In this document: piece by piece, positions 52,240-61,712 of the stretch
How positions within the stretch are numbered: the first letter of the stretch is position 1
Layout of the letters: every line of letters begins with the position of its first letter
Assembly: GCA_004195615.1 (NCBI GenBank)
Contig: PSPW01000001.1
Span: 210,881-274,880, forward strand
DNA from: Methanobacteriota archaeon
Lineage (GTDB): Archaea; Thermoplasmatota; Poseidoniia; Poseidoniales; Thalassarchaeaceae
DNA: 64,000 nt
Direction: 5' to 3'
Program-made: the position numbers and the translations under genes
Notes under the pieces: generated by a model
What the model was told of the DNA's origin: nothing
The model's input: the letters and a program-made list of their open reading frames with translations, nothing else
The model's database searches: none

Positions 52240-53469
52240 TCAGGATATGGCTCGTCGATAAACTGCCAGGAAGTCCTCAGCGTTGCCATCGAGAGTGAAC
52301 CGATCGAGGACTCTTCTCCTTCCCTCGGCGCCCTTCTTGAGCAGAGATTGCTTAGAAGATACCTCAGAAATAATGGCTTTGGCGAGAGAATCTACTGAGC
52401 CGATTTCGAACAGTGCCCCGACACTGTCGTCTACCATTTCAGGCAGAGGGCCGTGGTCAACCGTCACGACTGGCGTGCCAGAGCTCATGGCCTCCAGGGG
52501 AATTAGGCCCTGGCCCTCGTAGTATGAAGGGTAAATCACCAGATCAGAGGCCCTGTACATCTCGGAGATTTGCTCGAAACCCATTCCAGACTCGATGGTA
52601 ACCCTGTGACTAATCCCCAACTTAGCAGCCAGACGGTATAGCTTCCTTCTAAGAGAACCACGCCCAATAATCACCATGTGTGAATCGGTTGATTTGGCAG
52701 CCCTGGCGAATGCTTTCAGAAGCAATCCATGCCCCTTTCGAGCAGCAAGTCTACCTACAGCAAGTAGGAGGAGAGTATCGGGTCCAAGACCGTACTTCCT
52801 CCTGATCTCGTTCTTCTTGTGAGTGTCTTCCTCGCTATCCAGATGCATTGGAACGAACATGCTCGTATCTACCCCCCAATGAATGACCTCGCAATCCCAA
52901 TCCGAGGGTGCGTCGTACCTAGATTCAAGGTCCAACTTTGTTGCCCTGGAGTTTGGAACTACCACTGCAGAATGTCGGATTGCTGATTTCTCAAAACGGG
53001 CATACCTACTTGCCATGAAGCGAATTGCTATGTCGTTTGGGTTCGACCACACCGCTGGTTCCCCGAAACTCGCTGCTAGAGTCAGTCCGTCCCTCTCCCC
53101 TAGCCAAGTTCCGTGCATTGATGATACCACGGGCGCTACTTCTCTCCGACATCTGTCGAGTTGTTTGGATGACCAAGATACCATGGGGCAATGGAGATGA
53201 ACGACATCAACTGGTTCATCTGCATGAAGGAGGACCAATTCTTTCAGAGCTGTCTTGCCGTAAGAGCGCGTGAATTCAAGGGGTATCTTAACCCATGGAA
53301 CTTCAATGATGCTGACTCCTTCAAGAATAGGGGAGTTTTCTCTAGATTTCCTAGTAATGACTGAAATCCTGTGTCCCATAGCCGCCAGTTTGGATGATAG
53401 GTGGTATACGGTAGACCCCATCCCCCCCCATCTAGGTGGGTACTCTCCCGATATCATCGCTATGTGCAT
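52240..53469 (-). CDS. Glycosyltransferase family 4 (GT-B)
   Basis: C-terminal EGQGLIPLEAMSSGTPVV motif. Probable start MHIAMISGEYPP (the ORF-track start at 53679 would overlap the divergent GT2 gene). Confidence 0.8.
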   Translation of the reverse strand: MHIAMISGEYPPRWGGMGSTVYHLSSKLAAMGHRISVITRKSRENSPILEGVSIIEVPWVKIPLEFTRSYGKTALKELVLLHADEPVDVVHLHCPMVSWSSKQLDRCRREVAPVVSSMHGTWLGERDGLTLAASFGEPAVWSNPNDIAIRFMASRYARFEKSAIRHSAVVVPNSRATKLDLESRYDAPSDWDCEVIHWGVDTSMFVPMHLDSEEDTHKKNEIRRKYGLGPDTLLLLAVGRLAARKGHGLLLKAFARAAKSTDSHMVIIGRGSLRRKLYRLAAKLGISHRVTIESGMGFEQISEMYRASDLVIYPSYYEGQGLIPLEAMSSGTPVVTVDHGPLPEMVDDSVGALFEIGSVDSLAKAIISEVSSKQSLLKKGAEGRRRVLDRFTLDGNAEDFLAVYRRAIS

Positions 53470-53572
53470 GGTTCCACCGGTAAACCGGTCTAGGGAGGCG
53501 TTATTGAAGAGAACGGGAGTGGAAATGCCTCTACAATGGTTCAAAAATAGGACCCATGATGGGTAATTCCCC

Positions 53573-54307
53573 ATGGAAGACCCCCTGCCAGTCCACGTGA
53601 CCGTGGTAATCCCTACGAGAAACGAGGAGAAGGCCATTGTGGATACCATTCGATCAGTCCCAAGCGACGGCTGGTGCAAGGAGCTGGACTTCCTAATAAT
53701 CGACGGAAATTCCGAGGACCGTACTCGCGAGCTCGCTGAGGAAGAAGGGGCCGAGGTGTATCTCGAGGCGAGGAAAGGGTATGGGAGAGCCTACAGGACG
53801 GGTTTCGCCATTGCCCCTGGGGAAATAATCGTCACAATGGATGCTGATTGCACTTATCCCGGAGAGGAGGTGCCGAGACTAGTTAGGAAACTAATCGAAG
53901 AGGACCTCAAGTTCATCACATGCGATCGTCTGAAGAGGGCTGAGGATGGAGCGATGTCCGGCCTCCATGGATTCGGTAATTGGGCTCTCTCATTCACTGC
54001 GAAGATGCTGTTCTTCTATGGCATTCACGACTCTCAGTCAGGGATGTGGGTCTTCCACAAGGAGATTATGGAAAACCCGAGGATGCGTCCCACTAACGAT
54101 GGGATGCCCCTCTCCGAGGAGATGAAGATCAATGCTAGGAAGTGCTTCAGTCGTGATGAAACAGTGGAGGTTTCCGTCCCATATAGGTCCAGAGTGGGGA
54201 CCGCTGAAATCCACACTTGGGGGGACGGGTGGAAGAACTTCAAGTTCCTATTCTCTAAGAGGGTCGGTCTGAACAGGGAAAGAACCCCTTGGGGACCTGA
54301 GAACTAG
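53573..54307 (+). CDS. Glycosyltransferase family 2 (dolichyl-phosphate sugar synthase-like)
   Basis: VTVVIPTRNEE…IVTMDADCTYP (DXD-containing GT-A). Confidence 0.8.
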   Translation: MEDPLPVHVTVVIPTRNEEKAIVDTIRSVPSDGWCKELDFLIIDGNSEDRTRELAEEEGAEVYLEARKGYGRAYRTGFAIAPGEIIVTMDADCTYPGEEVPRLVRKLIEEDLKFITCDRLKRAEDGAMSGLHGFGNWALSFTAKMLFFYGIHDSQSGMWVFHKEIMENPRMRPTNDGMPLSEEMKINARKCFSRDETVEVSVPYRSRVGTAEIHTWGDGWKNFKFLFSKRVGLNRERTPWGPEN

Positions 54308-57300
54308 TCTTCGGAGTCGAACTCCTCGTCCATCTCCCTAGGGTCGAACGATGACCATGACTCGATGACCTGCATATCCTTGGCTATCTCTGCCATCTTC
54401 ATCCGTCTGTAGGCAATTCCCGCCATCGAAAGAGATACTATGGTGATTACGAGCAAGGGAATCCCCAGAGATGAGACCCAAGCCTCCAGGCCATCATTGC
54501 CCGGTTCAACGATAGGAACTGTGTGAACTGCACCAGGAGATACTAGATCAGCATCGATGGCCCAGACTTCGACCCTCGCCCAAGAACCCCCGGAGACCAC
54601 CCAAGAAAACCTCGACGTCCATATGCCATCGCCCTCCACTGAGTCCCCGTTTGTTCCATCGTCGTAGAAGTACATTGCAACAGATACTCCGCCAGCTATT
54701 AGTTCTCCGCGAACGATCTCGGTAGTCCCATCTGCATCCTGAACTCGGACTGTGGTAGTTACCTCTGTGGGAACACCGTCCTCAACCCTATTCACGGATA
54801 CCATCAGGTCGAAAACTTCCGGAGCACTGAAGCCAACTGTTAGATTGACTGATGCGACAGAAATTTCACCTCTGGAGTCCTTGACCAGCAAATCCACCCT
54901 GACTGGTCCGGGCTGGAATGAAATGTTGAGGGATGTGCTATCGCTGACAAGTTGCCCGTCGACTCGCCATTCGTAAAGCACGATGTCATCATCGTAGTCA
55001 AAGGAATCTGCAGCGCTTAGAATGACTTCTTGACCGGGAGGCAAGTATTGGCCATCATCCATTCCAGAGATCACTGCTACTGGGCCTGTCTCTAGGACGG
55101 TGATGCTCTGAGAGTGAGTACGCTCCATTCCTTTCTCGTCAGTTAGTAGGAAAGTCAGGTTATGAATCCCATGAGATAGGTAGTCATTGTACCAGTAGGC
55201 AGCGGTCTTGGAATCTAGTATCATTCCATCCAGGTCAGAAGTGACCGTGACGGAGAAATCGTCGCCATCCATGTCGACGGACTCTCTGAAGTCGAAGAGG
55301 ACAGGGAGATTTGAGTAGACTTGCGCATTCGGAACTGGAGAGTCTAGAATCAACAATGGTGCAGACTCGGACACAAATATCTCAATCTGGTCCGATTCGG
55401 GACCACTCCCATCATCGAGGGTGAGGGTGATGGTGTGCTCTCCAGCAGGGAGTCTCGTCAACACATCCCAACTGCTTCCAAGAGGATTTTCCATCTGGTC
55501 TGACTCCCATAGTACTGAGACCAGGTCGCTACTAGTTCCTGGCCCTGGATTGCACAATAGCCCACTACCGTTGTCTGGAAGTTCTGAGCAAGAAAGGTCC
55601 CAGTCTCCAGAGCCGGTAGAGTCGAGGACAATCAACTCCGACGAATCTGTATAAGTCCCAGTAATGGGGTTAGAAATTATGACATTTGGAACTGAGTTGG
55701 TCACTTCCAGAATCTCGGAGTGAGTTTTCCACTCATTAGCGTGCTCCTCCCTGATATCACTGACTTTCATAGTGACAGTGTGGATTCCCTTGCTGAGGGT
55801 GCCTGTCCACTCGAGTAGTTCTGGGGATGACCCTGCTCCTAGGAGTCCATCGATGTCACTGTGAAACTCGAATCTGATGTCATCCCCTTCAGGGTCGAAG
55901 GTCTCGTAACCGGTCAACGCCACCCAATCTACTGAGGTCTGGCCGTTTCTGGAAATCTCCATCACCGGTTCTGGAATCTCGTTGTATAGCTTTACTCTGA
56001 ATGTCCATGAAATTATGTTGTTGACTCCGTCCCATGCCTTCACTGCCACAGTGAAGGTGTCTTCAGGAGCCCCTATGAAAGACCTGATAATCTCCGTCGG
56101 ACAATTTGGGTTTTCGGGGTCGGGGTCGGGGTCTGACTCGTACGATGCGGTTACCCAGCACCACAGATCCCCTTCCTCAGGATCGTAGGTCCCATCCAGA
56201 TCGATGGTCACGTTCGCTGTTTGCCCCAAGGAGAGAGTGCCATTTGATGAGATTGAGGGTGATGTATCCACAGTAAGTACCGGAGGGAGATTTACCAATT
56301 CCAAACCACGGGTCTCGTTTACGCAGTGGCCTTCGGAGTCACATACCTCCAGGGTGATGATGTGGCTCCCATCTGAGAGGCATGGCTCCGATTCGTTTAG
56401 GTTCGCAATGAAGAATGAGTTGTTGCTTGATTGAAGATAGCATGCGGATCCTATGTCCCCATCGATGCTGCTTGTCCAGCTGTAAGTGAGGGAGTCGAAG
56501 TCCAGATCCCAGCTCTCCCTTGAATCGAAAGTAATCTCGCTCTCGCTAGAGAACTCCATCTCGTCCAATGGCGACTCCCAAAGGATGAATGGAGGCTGAT
56601 TGCTGAGTTCGAGTCTGCAGTAGACCCTCTTATCACCATCTATCTGCATTGGCTCGGAGTCATTGTGAACCCCGTCGTAATCGCATCCCACGTAGGCTGT
56701 ATTGGTAGAGGACCATCCCTGAAGAGGGGTCCATCTCTCACCCACGAATGGTCCGTATTCGAACATTCCCTGATAGGGCTGAGTCGCAAAGACCTCGCTC
56801 TCGAATTCCTGGAAGGAGATGTTTACCGCGGCCAATGGTATGTTGAGGAGGTTCTGATTGGTTGTGTGGACATCGACCATCCACATGACATCCACAATGA
56901 CATCATCCTCGGAGTTCTCTGGAGTGAGGATGTTTCCAGAAGAAATCCAACGCAGGTGAGAGCTGGAGTTCAATGAGAATGTGCTCGGTGAGCCCGAGCG
57001 TTTAGTCAGGGATGAGTCCGTGAAATTAGCTGAACTATGGTCGATTTGAGGAAGTGCGTCGCAGATAAGTGAGACGCCGTCGGCGATAAACTCGGTGTGT
57101 GAGTATAGGTCCAGACAGTTTGACGAGCTGTCCCAGATCACACTGTTAGAAATTCTAGATGGGAGAGATCCCTTTGCCTCCCAGTACATCCCCCCACCAT
57201 CCCCACTGAGGTCAAGGCCGTTAATCTCGGCATCTACGCCCTTGAGTCTGATCGAGTAGTTAGAGGAGGGAGAGTGGATTGCGATATCGTCGAGGATGAC

Positions 57301-58932
57301 AATTCCTGGGAACAGGTTCCCGCTGTTGTCGATGTCCAGAGCCGGCCCGGATAGTGATCCTTCGACGGTAGTGGAGATCAATTGCAAATCGATGCTGTCT
57401 CTGACAACTATCCCCCTCTGATCACCATCTGATGAGCAGGAGTGACATGAGACGTTCTTCCCTCCGCTCATCACGTAATTCGACTCCTGGAAGTAGAGTC
57501 CGGCTGCATCGGAGGAGCCGATCCCGTTTCCAGAAGTGTGAACATTGGAGAGTTCCACGTTGCTGGAATCGGTAACGAAAACTCCGTTCCCGGTGTTTTC
57601 CTCGCTGACCACGTTTTCCACCTTGGGATGGAATTCCACGAAGGAAATGCCATTTGCGGCATTGCCCCGAATTGTCCAGTTGCTACCGATAACTCCGCCC
57701 TTGGCCATCACAACTCCTGACCCAGAGGAGTTCTCCACGACTAAGTCGGAGATCTCTGCTGGCCCCTTGCTGGTCCAACTGGTGCTACGGAAGAGGATGC
57801 CAGCACCTTCGTGAGGATTGGAGGGCGACTCGGGGCCGTTGTTACGAATAGTGATGTTTGTCAGGGATGTGGAGGAATCTGTCGTGTAAGCCCTGAATCC
57901 CACAATGGCGTTGTCCTCGATTACGGCATCAGTAACTTTAGCTCCGGATGTGTTGACATCGAAGGCTGCACCGATACCGAGTCCGGGAGTCTTTGCATTG
58001 GGGCCTCCAGTTCCTCGTATCTCGAGTCCGATGAATACTACGTTGGTTTGCAGGTTGGAGTAGTTCGTGTGGTCGAGGCGCTCCACGAGAACCCCTCTGT
58101 ACTGGCAGTCCTCGACTTTCGTGTTGAGGAAAGTGGGTCTGGTTGTCGTTTCTGAGATGTGCCTGACGATGATCCCGTTGTCAGAGTTGGAGACGTTTGA
58201 GTCAGTGAAGAGCGGAATTGAGTCCTCGACCCAGATTCCAGCTGCTGCAGCCAACGTCGCCCCTGTCACGTTGGTGATGGAGATGTCACTCCAGAGTCCA
58301 CCTGAGTTGTACCAGAGGTTAACTCCGCGAGTCATCAGATTTCCTATCGTGGCACCCTGGATAATCGGTGCAGAGTAGTTGCCCGCGGAAATCCCGATCC
58401 CGTATCTCCACGTAGTGGATGACCCGTGCACGTCCTGTCCGCCCCCATCGATTACAATGTCCCTGAGCGTTGGTGATGCGCTGTCGAAGAGATCGATCGC
58501 GACCTTGTCTGCATTGTTGACTCGGAGGTTGCTGATTACCGGGTTGCTTCCGTAAATCGTGATTCCGTACTCGCCATCTGAGATCGTGAGGTTGTCCAGA
58601 GTCGAGCCCTTGTTATTCGAGGTGGAGTTGAAGATTATCCCCTGATGGTCCCCCGAGATGGAATCGATGGAAACCGGTGAGGACTCCGTGCCCTCCATCG
58701 TAATCCTGCCATCCACACCCAGCCTCTCTCCATCACCCAGAAGGATGGTGGTTCCTGCTTGGATCACAAGGACCTGGTTGGACTGCACCAGATAGCCGTC
58801 TTCTAGAGAAACCGTTCCACTCCAGACTGTTGTCGTCCGAGATGAGCCGGTCGATACGGCGGAGAGCATGGGTGCCATGAGGAGCATTAGCACCAGAGTG
58901 ATTCCCAAGCGCATGAGCCCTGCCGTTGGCAA
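54304..58932 (-). CDS. Giant (1542 aa) secreted surface protein with right-handed parallel beta-helix (PbH1) repeats, PKD/Ig-like domains and C-terminal transmembrane anchor
   Basis: Signal peptide (LVLMLLMAPMLSAVS). Many NxGxxI/V beta-helix repeats. Asp-Pro-rich linker (DPDPDPENP). C-terminal helix LLVITIVSLSMAGIAY followed by an acidic tail. Confidence 0.6.
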   Translation of the reverse strand: MPTAGLMRLGITLVLMLLMAPMLSAVSTGSSRTTTVWSGTVSLEDGYLVQSNQVLVIQAGTTILLGDGERLGVDGRITMEGTESSPVSIDSISGDHQGIIFNSTSNNKGSTLDNLTISDGEYGITIYGSNPVISNLRVNNADKVAIDLFDSASPTLRDIVIDGGGQDVHGSSTTWRYGIGISAGNYSAPIIQGATIGNLMTRGVNLWYNSGGLWSDISITNVTGATLAAAAGIWVEDSIPLFTDSNVSNSDNGIIVRHISETTTRPTFLNTKVEDCQYRGVLVERLDHTNYSNLQTNVVFIGLEIRGTGGPNAKTPGLGIGAAFDVNTSGAKVTDAVIEDNAIVGFRAYTTDSSTSLTNITIRNNGPESPSNPHEGAGILFRSTSWTSKGPAEISDLVVENSSGSGVVMAKGGVIGSNWTIRGNAANGISFVEFHPKVENVVSEENTGNGVFVTDSSNVELSNVHTSGNGIGSSDAAGLYFQESNYVMSGGKNVSCHSCSSDGDQRGIVVRDSIDLQLISTTVEGSLSGPALDIDNSGNLFPGIVILDDIAIHSPSSNYSIRLKGVDAEINGLDLSGDGGGMYWEAKGSLPSRISNSVIWDSSSNCLDLYSHTEFIADGVSLICDALPQIDHSSANFTDSSLTKRSGSPSTFSLNSSSHLRWISSGNILTPENSEDDVIVDVMWMVDVHTTNQNLLNIPLAAVNISFQEFESEVFATQPYQGMFEYGPFVGERWTPLQGWSSTNTAYVGCDYDGVHNDSEPMQIDGDKRVYCRLELSNQPPFILWESPLDEMEFSSESEITFDSRESWDLDFDSLTYSWTSSIDGDIGSACYLQSSNNSFFIANLNESEPCLSDGSHIITLEVCDSEGHCVNETRGLELVNLPPVLTVDTSPSISSNGTLSLGQTANVTIDLDGTYDPEEGDLWCWVTASYESDPDPDPENPNCPTEIIRSFIGAPEDTFTVAVKAWDGVNNIISWTFRVKLYNEIPEPVMEISRNGQTSVDWVALTGYETFDPEGDDIRFEFHSDIDGLLGAGSSPELLEWTGTLSKGIHTVTMKVSDIREEHANEWKTHSEILEVTNSVPNVIISNPITGTYTDSSELIVLDSTGSGDWDLSCSELPDNGSGLLCNPGPGTSSDLVSVLWESDQMENPLGSSWDVLTRLPAGEHTITLTLDDGSGPESDQIEIFVSESAPLLILDSPVPNAQVYSNLPVLFDFRESVDMDGDDFSVTVTSDLDGMILDSKTAAYWYNDYLSHGIHNLTFLLTDEKGMERTHSQSITVLETGPVAVISGMDDGQYLPPGQEVILSAADSFDYDDDIVLYEWRVDGQLVSDSTSLNISFQPGPVRVDLLVKDSRGEISVASVNLTVGFSAPEVFDLMVSVNRVEDGVPTEVTTTVRVQDADGTTEIVRGELIAGGVSVAMYFYDDGTNGDSVEGDGIWTSRFSWVVSGGSWARVEVWAIDADLVSPGAVHTVPIVEPGNDGLEAWVSSLGIPLLVITIVSLSMAGIAYRRMKMAEIAKDMQVIESWSSFDPREMDEEFDSED

Positions 58933-59017
58933 TCAGCGTTAATCACTTGCGTGATTTGACCCATTCTGAATATGCCACAGTAGGAGTCATAAACATCCAG
59001 TTGGGCCCACCGCACTA

Positions 59018-59254
59018 ATGACGTCACTGGCGTGGATTTTGATTTCATGCGAGCCCGGACGGGAGAGGGATGTGTACCTCCAGCTTCTGGACATACCAGT
59101 GGTGTCGGAGGTCTCGATTGTATACGGGGAGCTCGACATGGTTGCGAGGATTGACTTTGAGAGCGAGAAGCAGATGTCCAAGATTCTAATCGAGGATATG
59201 AGGAACGTGAAAGGGATTAGAAAGACTGAGACCCTGATCGCTGTGGAGGTGTGA
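59018..59254 (+). CDS. Stand-alone RAM (Lrp/AsnC C-terminal ligand-binding) domain protein
   Basis: 78 aa. Pattern AWILISCEPGRE…EVSIVYGELDMVARIDFES…IRKTETLIA matches the Lrp/AsnC RAM domain. Confidence 0.6.
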   Translation: MTSLAWILISCEPGRERDVYLQLLDIPVVSEVSIVYGELDMVARIDFESEKQMSKILIEDMRNVKGIRKTETLIAVEV

Positions 59255-59257
59255 GAT

Positions 59258-59491
59258 TTGGCTGTGGGATTCGTTCTGATCACTACCGAGCCCGGAGAGG
59301 AGATCCGCGTAAGGGAGAAGGTCGCAGAGATAGATTGCGTCAAGGGCATCTGGGTCGTCTTTGGTAGCTTCGACTGCTTCGTTAAGGTGGAGGCGGATGA
59401 AGAATCGAAGCTAACTGAAGCGATAGTTCAGGGTATAAGGTCAGTTCCAGGAATCGTCGACACTAGGACCCTGATTGGCGCCGAGATCTAG
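59258..59491 (+). CDS. Stand-alone RAM domain protein (tandem paralogue)
   Basis: 77 aa. Same pattern (GFVLITTEPGEE…GIWVVFGSFDCFVKVEADEES…IVDTRTLIG). 3 nt downstream of its paralogue. Confidence 0.6.
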   Translation: MAVGFVLITTEPGEEIRVREKVAEIDCVKGIWVVFGSFDCFVKVEADEESKLTEAIVQGIRSVPGIVDTRTLIGAEI

Positions 59492-61656
59492 AGCTCCCTG
59501 CTAAGTCTGCGAGTCAACTCTCTTGATGCTTTACCGCAACCCGTGGAACGAAGACGGACGATGGACTCCTTCCAGCTAGAGAGTCTCTCGTCCCTAATAA
59601 TCACCCCTCTCCAGTACCACCAGTGCGCCTTGGCACGACGATGAGGGGCTAGTGAATCCCTCAGGGATCCGGGGTCGAAGTCGGAATGGGCCTCTACGAG
59701 CCACTTCGGGGGTTCGGAGCAAGCCTCGAGTGCCATGTGCATGGAACGCAGTTTGTCGAAGGGATCTGTCGACGACCCGATGTGCGATCTTGCTGCCTCT
59801 AGTGCCTCGTCGAGGAACTCCTCCGCTTCGGTACCAGCAGATAGCCTGGACCTGAGATCTAGGGCTGGTAACCTAGGATCCTCTGGACCTATCCGGTTCT
59901 CTATGGAATCGCGAGTTCGTGAGGCTTCCTCCAGGTTACCGGATTCCAGGGCGAGCGAGTGCCTCAGCAAATCCAGGACCAGAGAGGCAAGCTCCCTATC
60001 CTCTGATTCCAGATCGGATAGGTTCACCGAATCAGCCCCGGACAGCAGGGTCTGAGCGATGACCTCACTATCGGAACCTGGGAGCCTGTCGTCGTACTTC
60101 CGGACCAATGAGGAGATCTCGGCTCTGACCCTGTCTCCGGGGTCTAATCTAGAAATCGCAGAAGCCTCGAGCTCGTCAGCTCGATCCAATTCACCCTCGA
60201 CCCTAGCTAGTCTAGCTAACCTCAGGTCCTTTCTGGGGCCCTCGTCCATCGATTCGATGTACTCTGAAGCTACCGTCGACTCCCCTCTCTCTAATGCGAT
60301 GTCCGCGGCCAACTCGAAGAGCCCCTCCTCAGGGTTTGCCGAGATAGCCTGCTGGAGTACAACTGCGGCAGCTGCCGAGTCTTCGCTAACGATCTCATTG
60401 ATGCTCTCCGTGATCCATGTCGATTCGACCTCGGTGCCGGACTCCAACCTGTGATGTATCTCCATCCTCCTTGCCCTGGGGCCGGTCCTCTTCGACCACA
60501 TCTCAGCAAGCTTCGAGTGCATTTCTCCTGCGCCCTCATCTATGAGGGTGGCCCTCCTAACGTTTCGAACCAGATGATGGGGTTCGATGAGTGACCCCGA
60601 CCAACGAAGTATGGCTGACTCGTCTAACTCCTCGGTTCCGTCTGGTTCGAGCATCTCGTCCACCTCCAAGGGGAGTGGAGATAGGGAAAGCTCGTCCAAT
60701 GACGATGCTCCGGACTGGCTCAGTCTTCGAAGGACCTGGGACTCGACGTACTCCTGAACGGCACCCGAACCTGGTAGCTTGTCGTCGGGCGACCATAGCT
60801 TGATTCCAAGTGGATGGCCATCCATCGCCTTGCACACTTCGATAGCCTCGGTGTCGGACATCTCCTCTGGCAGGAGCTCCCTGGCTAGGGTGATTTCCAG
60901 ACCCTCCAACCTAATTGAGTCGAAACCAGAGATTTCCGGAAATGGGTTGGGTGCCCTAGTGACAACCAGAATCATGGCTGAGGTGCCAGAACATGCTTCG
61001 AGCAACTCTCGTATCCCCCTCACCAGCCTATCACTAGATTGTTGTGCCTCGTCGAGCACGAGAAGGGTCTTCTTCGAGTCGACTCTAGCGACTATTGCAT
61101 CATTCGAGGACGGTGCGCGGACACCTAGCCACATTCTTGCTATCGATGATGAGTCAGAGTCGGTCTGGCAGGTAGCCCACCTGACTAGCCATCCGTCATC
61201 GAGCAGGGACTGGGAGACTGCAGTAGCAACACTGGTCTTCCCTATCCCCGGTAGCCCCTCAAGGAGATAGTTCGACCCCTTTGAGAGGCCAGAGGAGATG
61301 CTGCTGACGACCTCGTCCCTGCCATGCAGTGTGATCGAGTCTGGCACTGGACCCACTGACCTCCCTCTGGACTTCCTAGTCGGGCTCGAGCCGCTCCTCG
61401 CCTCCTCCCTACCCCTATCGGTCAGGTGGTACACCTTCCTGCGCCGGGGTGCTCCGATTACGTGAGCGGATCTGGAGGAAACTAGTCCCTCTGATTTCAG
61501 AAATTTCAGCGGGGGGTGGAGGGCCGATCGAACGACCCCCAAGTGCTCGGCTAGGCCAGCGAGCGAGATCGCCCTAGGCACATCCCATGACTCCTCGAGA
61601 TCCCTCCCGAAGTCGGATAGGTAGACCAGAATGGCGAGTTGGCGCTGGTTAAGCAC
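59488..61656 (-). CDS. wHTH-STAND (AAA+/NB-ARC-like) NTPase with C-terminal TPR-like helical repeats
   Basis: N-terminal winged helix (…SLAGLAEHLGV…KVYHLTDRGREEA). Walker A LLEGLPGIGKTSVATA, Walker B LLVLDEAQQ, STAND GxP motif MDGHPLGIKLW. Followed by ~350 aa of Leu/Ala/Glu-rich helical repeats. Confidence 0.6.
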   Translation of the reverse strand: MLNQRQLAILVYLSDFGRDLEESWDVPRAISLAGLAEHLGVVRSALHPPLKFLKSEGLVSSRSAHVIGAPRRRKVYHLTDRGREEARSGSSPTRKSRGRSVGPVPDSITLHGRDEVVSSISSGLSKGSNYLLEGLPGIGKTSVATAVSQSLLDDGWLVRWATCQTDSDSSSIARMWLGVRAPSSNDAIVARVDSKKTLLVLDEAQQSSDRLVRGIRELLEACSGTSAMILVVTRAPNPFPEISGFDSIRLEGLEITLARELLPEEMSDTEAIEVCKAMDGHPLGIKLWSPDDKLPGSGAVQEYVESQVLRRLSQSGASSLDELSLSPLPLEVDEMLEPDGTEELDESAILRWSGSLIEPHHLVRNVRRATLIDEGAGEMHSKLAEMWSKRTGPRARRMEIHHRLESGTEVESTWITESINEIVSEDSAAAAVVLQQAISANPEEGLFELAADIALERGESTVASEYIESMDEGPRKDLRLARLARVEGELDRADELEASAISRLDPGDRVRAEISSLVRKYDDRLPGSDSEVIAQTLLSGADSVNLSDLESEDRELASLVLDLLRHSLALESGNLEEASRTRDSIENRIGPEDPRLPALDLRSRLSAGTEAEEFLDEALEAARSHIGSSTDPFDKLRSMHMALEACSEPPKWLVEAHSDFDPGSLRDSLAPHRRAKAHWWYWRGVIIRDERLSSWKESIVRLRSTGCGKASRELTRRLSREL

Positions 61657-61712
61657 GGTGCTCCGTCTTGCAAAGTGTAAATCAAACCCGGCGGCCGTCG
61701 CTTCACTTGGCC

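Noticed and set aside
56095-56140. Short GGGTCG triple repeat, initially eyed as a possible CRISPR/microsatellite
   Set aside because: It lies within the 1542-aa surface-protein CDS and encodes an in-frame Asp-Pro linker (DPDPDPENP). There is no spacer-repeat periodicity anywhere in the window, and no CRISPR array or cas genes.
58941-58956. AATCAC-ttgc-GTGATT palindrome upstream of the RAM genes, and a GTGATTAG…TTAGTCAC imperfect palindrome near 30216, as a shared regulator motif
   Set aside because: The two sites have different half-site orientations and spacing. With only two instances this is not distinguishable from chance, so it is kept only as a note within the RAM/STAND finding.
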